A stretch of DNA of 53,336 nt from Chara braunii (GCA_003427395.1 BFEA01000001.1:11941651-11994986), one strand, 5' to 3'; shown: positions 1 through 11,165, numbered from the stretch's first letter. The notes: generated by a model from the sequence alone, not told the origin. Made by a program: numbers and translations.

Positions 1-38
<38 letters not shown>

Positions 39-142
39 CACTGAACCGTGAGAAGAGCAGGTTCGCAATGTTTATTTCTCGTAAGGGCCAGGCCTTAAGA
101 GCCCCCTCATGACGGTCTAGATTCACGGTGACAACCTTCTCT

Positions 143-350
143 CTCTCCTCAGGGGTCTCTAAGGGCCAGATACCACTGGCAAGGAGGAACGGAAGAAGTG
201 TCTGAATCTGGACGTGTTCCACGCAGAGGTGCAGAAAAGTAGATCAATCACAATTTTTCGCACCTGTCCATAAACACGTCCACATTCAGACACTTGCTAC
301 AATCCTCTTTGCCAGTGGGATCTCGCCCTAAGTGCTGACCCTTGGGAGAA
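143..350. repeat. Imperfect inverted repeat (about 200-nt foldback)
   Basis: gggccagataccactggcaaggagga..aagtgtctgaatctggacgtgtt (163-218) matches the reverse complement of aacacgtccacattcagacactt..tcctctttgccagtgggatctcgccc (273-328); weaker pairing continues on both sides, loop about 241-250. Confidence 0.8.
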
Positions 351-1135
351 AAATAAACATTGCGAACTCGCTCTTTTCTCGGTTCTGCCTCCAGTAGTGG
401 TAGAACTAACTCGAGAACAAGCATCCTTGATATTTCTCCATCGTCTAAGTTAAGTACCCTTCAGACAGGCGGCCCTTTGGTCAACATTCCTATAGCACAG
501 AGTCGTTTAAGTTCCACTCTATCTGTGACTTCCTTCCGTAGATTGTACATTCCCAGGAGCATGTCAAAGGGCAAGTCATCGCTGACCCAAAAGGAGAACC
601 TGCGCCTTATCTTTCCTCGCTCACAGGAGAAGGGACATGCTACGTTTGGATGCAGTCTCCGTCAACAACTGTACATGCTACGGGTCTACGTATCCTTTGC
701 ACCTGGTCCGTCAAGTGCATCTTATCGACAGAAGCATGAATGCTTGATTCTAGATTAGCTAAGCCCCTTACCTTTCGACCATTTACCTCTGCCACTTAGG
801 TGATTAACTTTCCTTTAGGACGTATTTCCATCGTCACCCAATAGCTCATCAAATCTGCCCGTGTAGCTCCTCAAGAGGCTCAGTTTCATCTCGATCGCAA
901 GCTTGCCGTGGCCAGACTGCAGCTGACGGGTAACTACAGGATCAGCAGCCATAGGCATTGCTGCTTGTGAGGTTTAGGGAGAACCATCTATACTGGCTGT
1001 TATCATCTCTCCATTCTCGACAAACAGTGTAGGAAGGGCTACGTCCTCTTCTGGCTTGTTCGGTTTTCCCTTTTGACAGTTTTTTCTTTTGAGAAAACTA
1101 GGGCGCTGTCAGGGTTTTTTGAGGCAAAAGGCCTG

Positions 1136-1308
1136 AAAATGTCGAATGTATACAACCGGTAGGGTCAAGGGGGGATGTGTTATATGTTCGGGGGAATGCC
1201 TGTAGTGCATTTTAAAATGTCGAATGTATACAAGCTAGGTTTCGGGTCCGGGAGGGTCAGGGGGGGGGGTGTTATGTTGGGGGGAATGCCTGAAGTGCAT
1301 TTTTAAAC
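1136..1308. repeat. Degenerate tandem duplication, about 80-90 bp x2
   Basis: aaaatgtcgaatgtatacaa...agggtca.gggggg..tgttat..gggggaatgcctg.agtgcatttt occurs twice. Confidence 0.8.
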
Positions 1309-1526
1309 TGTTTTCGCAGCTCTCCTTGGGCATCCTTGTGAACATCCACATCATCCTCACCGTAGCTGTCCTATCTGCCGAGGTGGGGGCAGGTAAAGAA
1401 AAAAAGAAGAAAAGAAAAAGAGAAAAAAAGAAAAAAAGAAAAAAGAAAGAAAAAAAGAAAAAAAGAAAAAAGATACGTTGATCTGTGGGATGTGTTATTT
1501 GCTTTGTGATAATTGGATTATCTTTC

Positions 1527-1981
1527 NNNNNNNNNNNNNNNNNNNNNNNNNNNNNNNNNNNNNNNNNNNNNNNNNNNNNNNNNNNNNNNNNNNNNNNNNN
1601 NNNNNNNNNNNNNNNNNNNNNNNNNNNNNNNNNNNNNNNNNNNNNNNNNNNNNNNNNNNNNNNNNNNNNNNNNNNNNNNNNNNNNNNNNNNNNNNNNNNN
1701 NNNNNNNNNNNNNNNNNNNNNNNNNNNNNNNNNNNNNNNNNNNNNNNNNNNNNNNNNNNNNNNNNNNNNNNNNNNNNNNNNNNNNNNNNNNNNNNNNNNN
1801 NNNNNNNNNNNNNNNNNNNNNNNNNNNNNNNNNNNNNNNNNNNNNNNNNNNNNNNNNNNNNNNNNNNNNNNNNNNNNNNNNNNNNNNNNNNNNNNNNNNN
1901 NNNNNNNNNNNNNNNNNNNNNNNNNNNNNNNNNNNNNNNNNNNNNNNNNNNNNNNNNNNNNNNNNNNNNNNNNNNNNNNNN
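1527..1981. other. Assembly gap
   Basis: Run of N. Confidence 1.
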
Positions 1982-2424
1982 GGATTAAGAGATACTGATA
2001 CTGACCGTAGATAGCAAAGATCAACGGCCGAAATCTCCTAATTTGCGCAAGTGGGACCTTGCCCCGGGTGAGGGATATGAGCCCAGGCGCCCGCCTGGAC
2101 TGATGCTCCGATCTGATTTGTGGGGAACGTCACGTGCCGGGAAACGGGCCCGGCGTCCCATGATCTACAGAAGACAGGCAGCAAGTCCTGACTCGTTGAC
2201 TGCTAACCTGGGCCACTACAGTGGCGAGGCCAGGGGGAACGGGTCTGGCATCTCTTGATGCACACAGAGATCAGGAAAGAGGACCCGGACTTTACACATG
2301 TACCTAATGATCTATCAGACCAAACAGTTTCCTAGATTCTGGTTCTGATATGAAGTCTATGTACATCATGTTTTCCTTCCTTACTGCGGAGAACCTCTCC
2401 CCTTTTGGGGTCTCCTCACCGTTT

Positions 2425-2472
2425 TAGCCTTTGCCAAGGCTAAGGTTGCGCGTTCGAATCCCTTTTTCCGCT
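2425..2472 (+). pseudogene. trnG: 3' half of organellar-type tRNA-Gly(GCC)
   Basis: tagcc-tttgccaa-ggcta anticodon arm, T-loop gttcgaatc and 3' acceptor strand ttccgct; 5' half absent. Confidence 0.6.
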
Positions 2473-2555
2473 CGTCAGCCTCGCTGCCTGACTAAGACTC
2501 TGCCAAAGTCCGAGCACGCCTTACATGGGATAACATATCTGACCTATTATCCTAC

Positions 2556-2658
2556 AGTACTAGTAGTAGTAGTAGTAGGAGGAGGTAGTAGAAGTAGTAG
2601 TAGTAGTAGGAGGAGGAGGAGGTAGTAGTAGTAGTACTAGTAGTAGTAGTAGTAGGAG

Positions 2659-2698
<40 letters not shown>

Positions 2699-2762
2699 GA
2701 GGAGGAGGAGGAGGAGGAGGAGGAGGAAGAGGAGGAGGAGGAGGAGGAGCGGTAGTAGTAGC
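2556..2762. repeat. (TAG)n/(GAG)n compound microsatellite
   Basis: Direct inspection. Confidence 0.95.
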
Positions 2763-3323
2763 ACTATGGAAACGATGACCTTGTCTTTGCACACATGGAC
2801 AACCTTCTTCGTCGCACTAATGGTCCTCAATCAGCCATGTAGTTGACATTCAGTGTTAACCCTGTATCCAATGCCTGGCAAGTCGGATTGAAACACAGGC
2901 GAAGGACGAAAATTGTGGCAGTGCACCATCATGAGTGTCTCTCAAACGGGGGTCTGCATTTCAAGAGTTCATGGGTGCCTCAACTGAGCGAAGACCTTTG
3001 GTGCATGTACCATTCAGCCACATGGGCTTTTGTTGGGGGAGAGGAGGGCTATACTGGCCGGCTCACGTAGTGCCATCCAGTCCACATACTATGATCCCCT
3101 CGCATCGTATTGCCCAACTCACATTGTATCGTCTGGGCCCTATAATACCACACATCCCACTTTTTACCGCCCATTCCATAGTATGACTCCCCCAGTCCAT
3201 AGTATGACCCACCCGCATGGTCCCCCCCGACCCGCGGCCTTGTAGATGGTGGAGGAGAATGGGGGGTAAGAGGGGAGATGGTGCAAGTGGGAGGAGGAGC
3301 AGGGCCTGGCGTGCGCTCGCTCG

Positions 3324-3325
<2 letters not shown>

Positions 3326-3404
<79 letters not shown>
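3326..3404. repeat. (GA)n microsatellite
   Basis: Direct inspection. Confidence 0.95.
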
Positions 3405-3407
<3 letters not shown>

Positions 3408-4108
3408 TGGCTCTGAAGCAGTTTTCGGCATCCTCATGTGGCTGTTTTCCATGGGACAGCGCTGTGTGCCGTGGGCATAGCCGCGCCAGTTCCACTTGTT
3501 GTTTTTTAAAGGAAGATTTTTTCTGGACTGTAAACCAATCATACTGTCCTCCAGCGGCTGCCACCATACCCTGCCTTCGCTTCTTTGTGTTTGTTGTTTA
3601 TCTTTCCTTTCTTGGCAGCGGTTGTGGAAAGCTCAAAGCGAAGGGGGCAGGGGGGAGAGAGAAGGTGGGCACATTGTGCGGCGTCAGGGTGAGGCGGGCC
3701 GGCTGTCAATGGAGGGAATCCGACTGATTTGTGTTTTTCCTTGTCTATCTTTTGCTGTCCTTGGTGGCATGTGTCGTCTGCTGCCAGCGTTCCACATGGC
3801 GCGGTGAGTCTGGTCAGCCATTGAGGAGCGGATCTGGGCAATTATTTATTATTTATGAGCTTTCTTCCCGCCGCCACGTGTCGGAATCTGCAATCTGCAG
3901 CGGGGCAACTCCGGCCTGTGCTTCACAACGACAGAGAGGTTCCGCCCCCCTACGGAGGTTTATTTATGTTCCCACTTTCCCCTTCCTTCCAGTCCCGCGT
4001 GTTGTCAGCCACAAACTGCTGGACTGTTAGCTGTTGCTAGCTGCTGACTGTGTTTTTCTACCCATTATTTTTGGACTCGTTATCTACCATCACCGTAGCA
4101 ACGGGGAC

Positions 4109-4876
4109 ATGGAGCCCATCACAGGTAGCAGCAGCTTCTGGTTTCTGGGATTGGTCATCTTGCTGGCCTTGAGCTTGGGAACTGCCCGATGCCAGTTGCA
4201 GCTCACCACGGAGGTTGTAGATGCGGCAGATGTAAACGACTACTGCATGGGCTTCATTTACAATACCGGGACCGATAATATCCAAGGGTGGGTTGTGCCG
4301 CCTCAATGTGAGAAAGTTGTGGAGAGGTACATGACCGAAGGGGAATATCAGAGAGATGTGGCGGCCACGTGTTTGGCTGCACACGACTACTTCTCCAGCC
4401 TTAGGCCGGGGCCAACTGACACTGTGGTCTTCGATATTGACGAGACTCTGATCTCGAACGTGCCGTATCAGATAGGCCTTCACTGGGGAGTGAACAAGTT
4501 CGATCCTGTGAGCTGGAAGGAATGGACTGCGCAGGCGAACGCCGCAGCTATTCCCCAAGTCCTTGCTCTGTACAACGAGCTGAAGGATGCCGGCTGGAAC
4601 TTGCTTCTCCTGACTGGAAGAGCGGAGGACGAACGAAATGATACGATGGCGAACCTGCTGCGCGCTGGCTATGTCAGCTGGTTTGATCTCATCCTCAAGT
4701 CAGAGGCAGAAGAGGGTCTTCTTGCAGTGGATTATAAGTCTAGACGGCGTGAAGAGTTTGAGAAAAAAGGGTACACAGTGAGAGGATGTGTTGGGGATCA
4801 ATGGTCTGACTTGAGAGGGAAAGCGGCCGGCGATCACGCCTTCAAGCTGCCGAATCCGATGTATTACATCGCGTGA
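4109..4876 (+). CDS. Secreted HAD superfamily subfamily IIIB acid phosphatase (plant class B / VSP-like), 255 aa, single coding exon
   Basis: ATG at 4109 is in frame with ORF 4034-4876; hydrophobic signal peptide (FWFLGLVILLALSLGTARC); motif I VFDIDETL, motif II LTGR, YKS lysine, motif IV GDQWSDL, C-terminal FKLPNPMYY; conserved N-terminal YC and P.QC cysteines. Confidence 0.95.
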   Translation: MEPITGSSSFWFLGLVILLALSLGTARCQLQLTTEVVDAADVNDYCMGFIYNTGTDNIQGWVVPPQCEKVVERYMTEGEYQRDVAATCLAAHDYFSSLRPGPTDTVVFDIDETLISNVPYQIGLHWGVNKFDPVSWKEWTAQANAAAIPQVLALYNELKDAGWNLLLLTGRAEDERNDTMANLLRAGYVSWFDLILKSEAEEGLLAVDYKSRRREEFEKKGYTVRGCVGDQWSDLRGKAAGDHAFKLPNPMYYIA

Positions 4877-5142
4877 ACAAGGAGGACAACGGCAAAACGG
4901 CAAACCTGCTGTATGCTGTGCTGGCTATCAATCACGACTGGTTTGAGCCGATGACATCGAGGTAAATCACAATGGTCGGTTGCGTGAGTTGACAGAGGGG
5001 GGAAGTGTCTTCGAAGTCGTGAAGGTGTGAGAAGCTTGTGAAAAAAGGGTTTATGAAGTGAAAATAATAAAATATGATGCATCAGAGATCAATGGTCTGT
5101 TGTGATTTGATAGGGAATGTAGACAGTGATCAAGTCTACGTG
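4877..5142 (+). pseudogene. Decayed tandem copy 1 of the 3' third of the phosphatase CDS
   Basis: ggcaaacctgctg..gctggctat..ctggtttga, gaaaaaaggg and gatcaatggtctg..agggaa..gatca are collinear with CDS about 4620-4860; contains indels and stops. Confidence 0.75.
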
Positions 5143-5410
5143 CAGGAGCAGATTGACGGGAGACGGGATGGCAAAGCGGTTGTTATGTGCTGGTTATTGC
5201 TACTGGTTCGATTCAAGTTTACATGCGTTGAGATCCCATGGAGAAGAAGGTGGTGTGCTTGCATTGTGTGTTTAAAGTCAGCAAGGGGCAAGGAGGTTTC
5301 GGAATGGGGGTATAAAGTGAGAGGAGGGTGCATTGGGGATCAATGGTCTGTTGTGACTCGACGGAATGCAATTCATGATTATGTCTTCGGGCTCGCTAAT
5401 CCGCTGTGTA
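5143..5410 (+). pseudogene. Decayed tandem copy 2 of the 3' third of the phosphatase CDS
   Basis: Translates KSARGKEVSEWGYKVRGGCIGDQWSVV..HDYVFGLANPLC versus parent KSRRREEFEKKGYTVRGCVGDQWSDL..DHAFKLPNPMY. Confidence 0.85.
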
Positions 5411-5517
5411 CCGCATTGCGCGAAGGACGAGATTAAAGCTTGCTGTACCGTATTGCGCGAAGGAGGAGATTAAAGCTTGCTGTACCGCATTGCGCGAAGG
5501 AGGAGATTAAAGCTTGC
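5407..5517. repeat. 37-bp minisatellite x3
   Basis: tgtaccgcattgcgcgaagga(c/g)gagattaaagcttgc in three near-identical copies. Confidence 0.95.
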
Positions 5518-7126
5518 TGTGATGAGGGGGATCCAACGCTTTTCTTGCTTATCTAATTTGTGCTATGGACGGGGGATGTGCCCTTCGTCTCCGACTTGTG
5601 GGCATTGACATTCTCCAATATTCAGCTCTCACGATCTGTCGTCAATATAGTTTTTGGACTTCTGGGTATCGGTTTTCTGGAGTCCCACTCACGTGGATTG
5701 GTCGTTTCCTACCCCTGTTGATTACGAGGATCAAACCGGCCACGACGAATCTCTGCGCAAAGTGGGATGTCGCCCTTGATGTGCAGTCCACCTGGTGCAC
5801 CTGGCGGATTGGACTGATTTCAATTGGTGCAGGGTGCCATTTACGTGGATTTTTCTACGCTGGCCGTTCAATGGCCAGAAATGGATAATCCTTCGTAAGA
5901 GGGGGACCTTAGCGCTGTGTGAGATGGTGTTACACACATGTACAGATATAGACGACCGTGATGCTGAGAGTATGATGACACTCTTCTTTCCCCCTTTTTT
6001 TTATCTTCTTTATTTCCTAAGCCTGTACCAGATGGAAAATGCTGGCAGTGGCAGACCAAATGATGCAGTTTCGCACCCCGCACATGTCGATTTGTTTGGG
6101 CGTTCAGCAGAAGTCCAGATGGGAAAAGGTGTGTGGCTCCAGTGAGTGGGCTGGTGGTTAGGGAACACCAAGGACCATCAGCACCCAATATTCCAGGGAA
6201 CCTGCTGAACAGCCGTCATAGGCACACCAGCTGCCCAGCCCTGGCTGAAGCATACGCATCAGACAAGACCTGTTGCACTGGCACTTGGGATGCCAAGGAT
6301 GATCGTTTTGTATACTGACCCCCGTGAGCTAGCTCACCACGATGCCCTCCCGGAATCTGTTCCTAGGGTGCCCTTTCATCCGAGGTACCACAGGCACTCT
6401 CTAAGGCGCCTTCCCTGGCCTACCTCCTCTCCCTTTACCCTGTGCGCCCTTTTTACCACGTGACATGGTGAGCTCTGTGAGAGGATTGATTGAGATGACG
6501 TTAACAAGTGAGAGCAGAGCGAAATTTGTAATAAGTGGAGGAGTGCTGAAAGTCCTGCGACAATCGAAATGGGCACCCTGTTGAGGGGGGTGAGGGTGAG
6601 CGCCGTGTTCTCTTGTATAGTCTCTGACTCTGTGATTGCTGAAGCCTGGGCCCAGCAGTGACGCTGGGCTTGGGGTCTGGAATGGCTGTTGAAGATTTGG
6701 CCCTCTAGAACTGTTACCTGGCTCTGGGCTCCACTGTCGTTTCAACAGTGAATGAAAGGTGCAGTAAAGGGGGGAAATCGGAAAATATGAATAAACGGTT
6801 GCAAAAAAAGGAGAACCACAAAAGCAGTTTGGTTTCTGACGATGTGTTTTCCTTCATGCCTTAATAATTTTTAGCGGGCCGCTTCAGAAGGGGGGTGGTA
6901 GCCTGCAGCCGACGGTTCAGCCCAGGAAGCTTGCCAGCACAGACAGCAGGTTGTGACAGCCCACCTGACAACATCCACCTGACCCAGGGCTACTGACTAG
7001 ACCCCCATCCTGCACGCTTAAGCAACGTGTTCCAGTTTCATCCCAAAGACATGGGTGTTGTGGCCTGAAAATAAAAGGTCACTTCAACTGGACTCAGGTT
7101 TCAGCAAAGTGCACCGCTGTCTATTT

Positions 7127-7320
7127 GTTTTTTCCTTCTTTTTTTTTTGTATTTTTTGTTTTTTTACATTCTAGTCGTTCTTCTCCCCCCCCCCCGCCCC
7201 CAGGAGCTTCGAAGAGCGTGCCTGATTTATGAGGTGATAAGAGCATCCTCATGAAGTGGGCCCCCCCAGACTCCACTTCATTTGTGGGGAGCATCATTTG
7301 CTGGAAATCGGGTCCAGCAA
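7127..7320 (-). mobile_element. LINE 3'-end fragment (same family as 31650-31740)
   Basis: gtggggagcatca..tgctggaaa.cgggtccagc is the reverse complement of the shared 3' motif; T-rich tract at about 7127-7165 fits a poly(A) tail. Confidence 0.65.
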
Positions 7321-8297
7321 ATTTGTAACAGGAGTATTGTGACCATTGTTCGTCCTATTGTCAAGAGAAGCTAGAAGCTACATTGACTGGACCCCACTGT
7401 TGCCATTCTGCATGGATATGCAGCAATTCGGCAAAAGTGGACTCAGATGCCACCTTTACTTTTTTTTCTTCTTTTATCTAATTATTCAAATTTATTGTTC
7501 ATTTGCTTGATTTCACTTTTCGTAGATACAGGCAGATTGAATACATATACAAAAAACGAACGCATTCCTACCGCGCCCACGAGTTACTACAGCATTTGCA
7601 AGTGAGAGTTTGGCTAGCCGTGGCCCAGGGGCAGATATTGCTAGCGGGGGACAGCGACCTATGATGCAATGAAGGGGACAGGAATCGAGGTGCATACAGG
7701 ATGACAGCGACGGGAGAGCAGAGATAGTCATTGAAACTGAAAGGAGCTTGGCCGTAGAGGGAATGTGCTCCCGCTGGCCAGCAGAGGCTGCCTGGTCGCT
7801 GATGGATCATCAAGAAATAACGTTAGAAAGCCTAGATTCAGAGGTGCAAGTAAATGATTGAGTGATCTCTGGGGAGGGAGGAGTTACGTTGAGTACAGCA
7901 GTGGAGGTCGAGGAAGGGGAGCCCTATGGCGACGAAGGACCGGGTGGTGAGTGGGGGCGCTCTCGCTCACTCAGGTACTCGCGCAGGTGGGTAGTTCAAC
8001 TCACGAAGGGGAAGGCGAGAAAAATCTGCACAGAACACGATGGACGTGAGAGGAGGACTGATCCAGTCCACCGGTCGTGAACTGAGAAGGCGTTGAGTTG
8101 GGAGGCCCCCCTCCTTCCTCTTTGATCTCTTGGTTTGGGTACGTGCATCACAAAGGGATGGCACACGCGAGTTGACGGACATGGGGACTTTGGCTTGGTC
8201 TAGGTATGCTGCACACAAGCTGCGCCGCCGCCTTGAGAGCGGAGAAAGGGGGTTCTGCTGAGCGAAGAACGTGTCCATCTACAGGTGCGGGTGCGGG

Positions 8298-8498
8298 TTC
8301 TGCTGAGCGAAGACTACTAAGTGCATTTGGTGGAAACAGGAAGCATGCAAGACTGCAAAAATGCTNNNNNNNNNNNNNNNNNNNNNNNNNNNNNNNNNNN
8401 NNNNNNNNNNNNNNNNNNNNNNNNNNNNNNTTCTGCTGAGCGAAGACTACTAAGTGCATTTGGTGGAAACAGGAAGCATGCAAGACTGCAAAAATGCT
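8298..8498. other. Identical about 68-bp sequence on both sides of a 65-N gap (probable scaffolding artefact or collapsed tandem repeat)
   Basis: ttctgctgagcgaagactactaag...gcaaaaatgct at 8298-8365 and 8431-8498. Confidence 0.85.
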
Positions 8499-9779
8499 GT
8501 GCAGTTGCCCATTTTGTAATGCGCTAGCAGACGGTAACTCAGTGCTGCACCATGTAGAAGCGAGCTGAGGGGTCTGGAAAGCACCATCAGAGGTTCATCA
8601 ACAGCAACAGACAGCAACAGACTGGAGCTGGGGAGATTAACCAGTCACCTAACGCATAACAGCCGGTGAACCAAGTTAATGACTAAGCATAACAGCCAGT
8701 GAACCAAGTTAATGACCGAGCATTGGGCGTTGCCGGTACAGAGATGGGCAATCTTCAAAGTGATTGAGAGGTGGTTGACGCCCAAAAGCGGCGCCTCACA
8801 GCCCGGCCCGACGTCTACTTGCCTGTATTCCATTCGTTTTGTAAGAGGTCAGAAAAGCAATCAACCCAGTTATTCTCGGAAGGATTACTGGTCTCCGCGT
8901 CACTGCCAACAGTCTTTAGAGAAGCTGGTTTTAATCATGAAACGGAAGTTGTCTGCCGGAGCAGAGTCATAGTGAGTGAATCTAATGGGGGATTTCTCTC
9001 TTGCTCAGAGTTATGCCAAATTGTACTGTGCAACTCAGGCAATAGTGAAGTAAGGTACTGGGCGGGCCACCTGGAAGACTGTTGTAACTAGCGGCAATCC
9101 GAACCCTTATCTCACCTCCCTCTCTGCTCTCTGTTAAATCTTTGACTCGTCTATGTAATTGCTTCCAGAAACCTGCTCTTGGTCTTGTGTCGGGTTCTGA
9201 ATACCAAGTAGTGCCTGTTCGCCATCCTATGTGTCGATCTTCCCACCATATGAAAATATTATTAGACAGAGTTCACAATACTCCGCTTTGCAGTGATTCT
9301 TCTTGTAATTATAAATGTCATCTGCATGCCAGTTGTCCGAGATTTTCTTAGGACATACAACGTAGGGCTTGAGCTATTGGCTGAAAATTGGCCAATGCAA
9401 GCTCTGTAAACTGAGTATGGTTGTATCGTTGTTACCCCTACTAATACAGTGGGACATATCAGGCTGCCTTTGCTCTGTCCGAGCATCGGGCCAATCATTA
9501 TGAGATTTCGGCCAGTTTGAAGACCACACTATCTAGCTGGAAGTGCTTTAGTCTTGTTAGGTTCTGTCCTTCAAACTCAGCCACGGAACCTAAATTGAGC
9601 AACAAAAAGTGCGTTCTGCGGAGCCTAAAAGTGATCGGTACTGGCATTTAGAAAAATGAATGTGGTACCGGTACCGGCCTTTGTACGAATGAAGAGTCTG
9701 GACCTTGGGCCACTAGGTGAACGAAAACAGGCCTTTTGTTTCTGTTGACACTGTATTGCTGTTTCCTGCCTCTACAGTG

Positions 9780-9827
9780 CTACCACTCCTACTACTACTA
9801 CTACTATTGCTGCTCCTACTGTTACCG

Positions 9828-9890
<63 letters not shown>

Positions 9891-10008
9891 GTAGTAGTAG
9901 TAGTAGTAGTAGTTGTGGTGCTAGGATTAGCAGTAGTAGTAGTAGTAGTTGTGGTGCTAGGATTAGCAGTAGTAGTAGTAGCAGCAGCACTAGGAAAAGT
10001 AGTAGTAT
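9780..10008. repeat. (CTA)n followed by (GTA)n microsatellite, a self-complementary arrangement
   Basis: Direct inspection; strand switch at about 9890. Confidence 0.95.
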
Positions 10009-10066
10009 GGCCAACCAACAAAGATGAGGAAGACGTTTCTGTTTTCTTTTCATATTATCCAAAATA

Positions 10067-10291
10067 CTAGGCTACCAGAGTGGCCCGGGGTCACTTGCCC
10101 AGCCGGGCCATTTATTTTATATTTTAAATTTGGTGAGGAATTTCGATGTGACCTTGAGGCAAAAGTTGTTCAGTTTATTTTTCTGCGTAACATAAATTTT
10201 CCGGGATTTTTTGATTTTTTTTGCTGGGACCTTCCCTTGTCCTTGCACGGGCTGGCCACCCAGGACTCGGGCGGCCCGGCTGGTAGCCTAG
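10067..10291. mobile_element. hAT-type MITE, 225 bp
   Basis: Perfect 12-bp TIRs ctaggctaccag (10067-10078) / ctggtagcctag (10280-10291); perfect 8-bp TSD ccaaaata at 10059-10066 and 10292-10299; GC-rich subtermini and AT-rich core. Confidence 0.9.
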
Positions 10292-10332
10292 CCAAAATAT
10301 GAGTTTTTTGAATGAAAGAAAATTCATATAAA

Positions 10333-10352
10333 GTGTCCTTGGGGACATCCGT

Positions 10353-10384
<32 letters not shown>

Positions 10385-10451
10385 GGCCCCTGCGCAAGTA
10401 TGACATGAATAAATAGAGAAATGGTCCAAATAAAAAAAAAAGAAAAAGAAA
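10333..10451 (+). pseudogene. U6: U6 snRNA retropseudogene (full length plus A-rich tail)
   Basis: gtccttggggacatccgttaaaattggaacgatacagagaagattagcatggcccctgcgcaagtatgac...gagaaatggtccaaat is plant U6 including the ACAGAGA box and AGC triad; the terminal oligo(T) is replaced by an A-tract (10432-10451); several substitutions. Confidence 0.9.
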
Positions 10452-10604
10452 TATCATTGACTTGGATTCAACACAGAGAATAATTTCCATGTCTTAGAGA
10501 TGCGATAAGCCATAATAAAAAAAAAAAAAACAATTTCATTCATATTATTTGTAATACAAGTTTCTGGAAAACATGATAATTCAATCAAATAAATTTATCA
10601 AGCT

Positions 10605-11165
10605 GCAGTAGTAGTAGTACTTCCTATTCCCCTACTGCTACTGCTACTGCTACTGCTACTGCTATTGGTTCTGCTACTACTACAACTACAGTTATTTCTA
10701 CTACAACTGGAAGTATAACCACTCTTAGTCCTACTACTCCTGCTGCTAGTGCTGCTAGTACTACTACTGCAATTGCTACTACTACTAATACTGCTGCTAC
10801 TACTGCTGCTACTACTGCTGCTCCTACTGCTGCTCCTACTGCTGCTCCTACTGCTGCTGCTGCTCCTGCTACTGCTGCTGCTGCTGCTACTACTACTACT
10901 ACTACTACTACTGCTACTACTACTACTACGACTACTACTACAACTACAACTACTACTACTACTACTATGCTACCGGTGCTGCTGATGCTGTTACTGCTGC
11001 TGCTGTCGCTGCCACCGCTGGTGCCGCTACGGCCGCTGCTGCTGCCGCTACTTGTGCTACTGCTGCTACTACTGGTATTACTACTACAACTACTGCTACT
11101 ATTACTACTACTACGACTACTGCTGCTCCTGCAGCTGCAGCTGCTTCTGCCGCTGTTGCTGCGGC
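10605..11165. repeat. (CTA)n/(CTG)n compound trinucleotide microsatellite
   Basis: Direct inspection. Confidence 0.95.

Noticed and set aside
3049-3727. ER/SL-repeat ORFs (also at 25985-26666 and 35805-36960)
   Set aside because: Translations of (GA)n microsatellites
4034-4108. Longer N-terminus of the phosphatase ORF in the track
   Set aside because: Begins at a non-ATG codon; ATG 4109 gives a proper signal peptide
5900-9600. Possible LINE ORF remnants
   Set aside because: No endonuclease, RT or zinc-knuckle motif could be read
10333-10431. Functional U6 gene
   Set aside because: No oligo(T) terminator, an A-tail instead, substitutions in conserved positions and no recognisable USE
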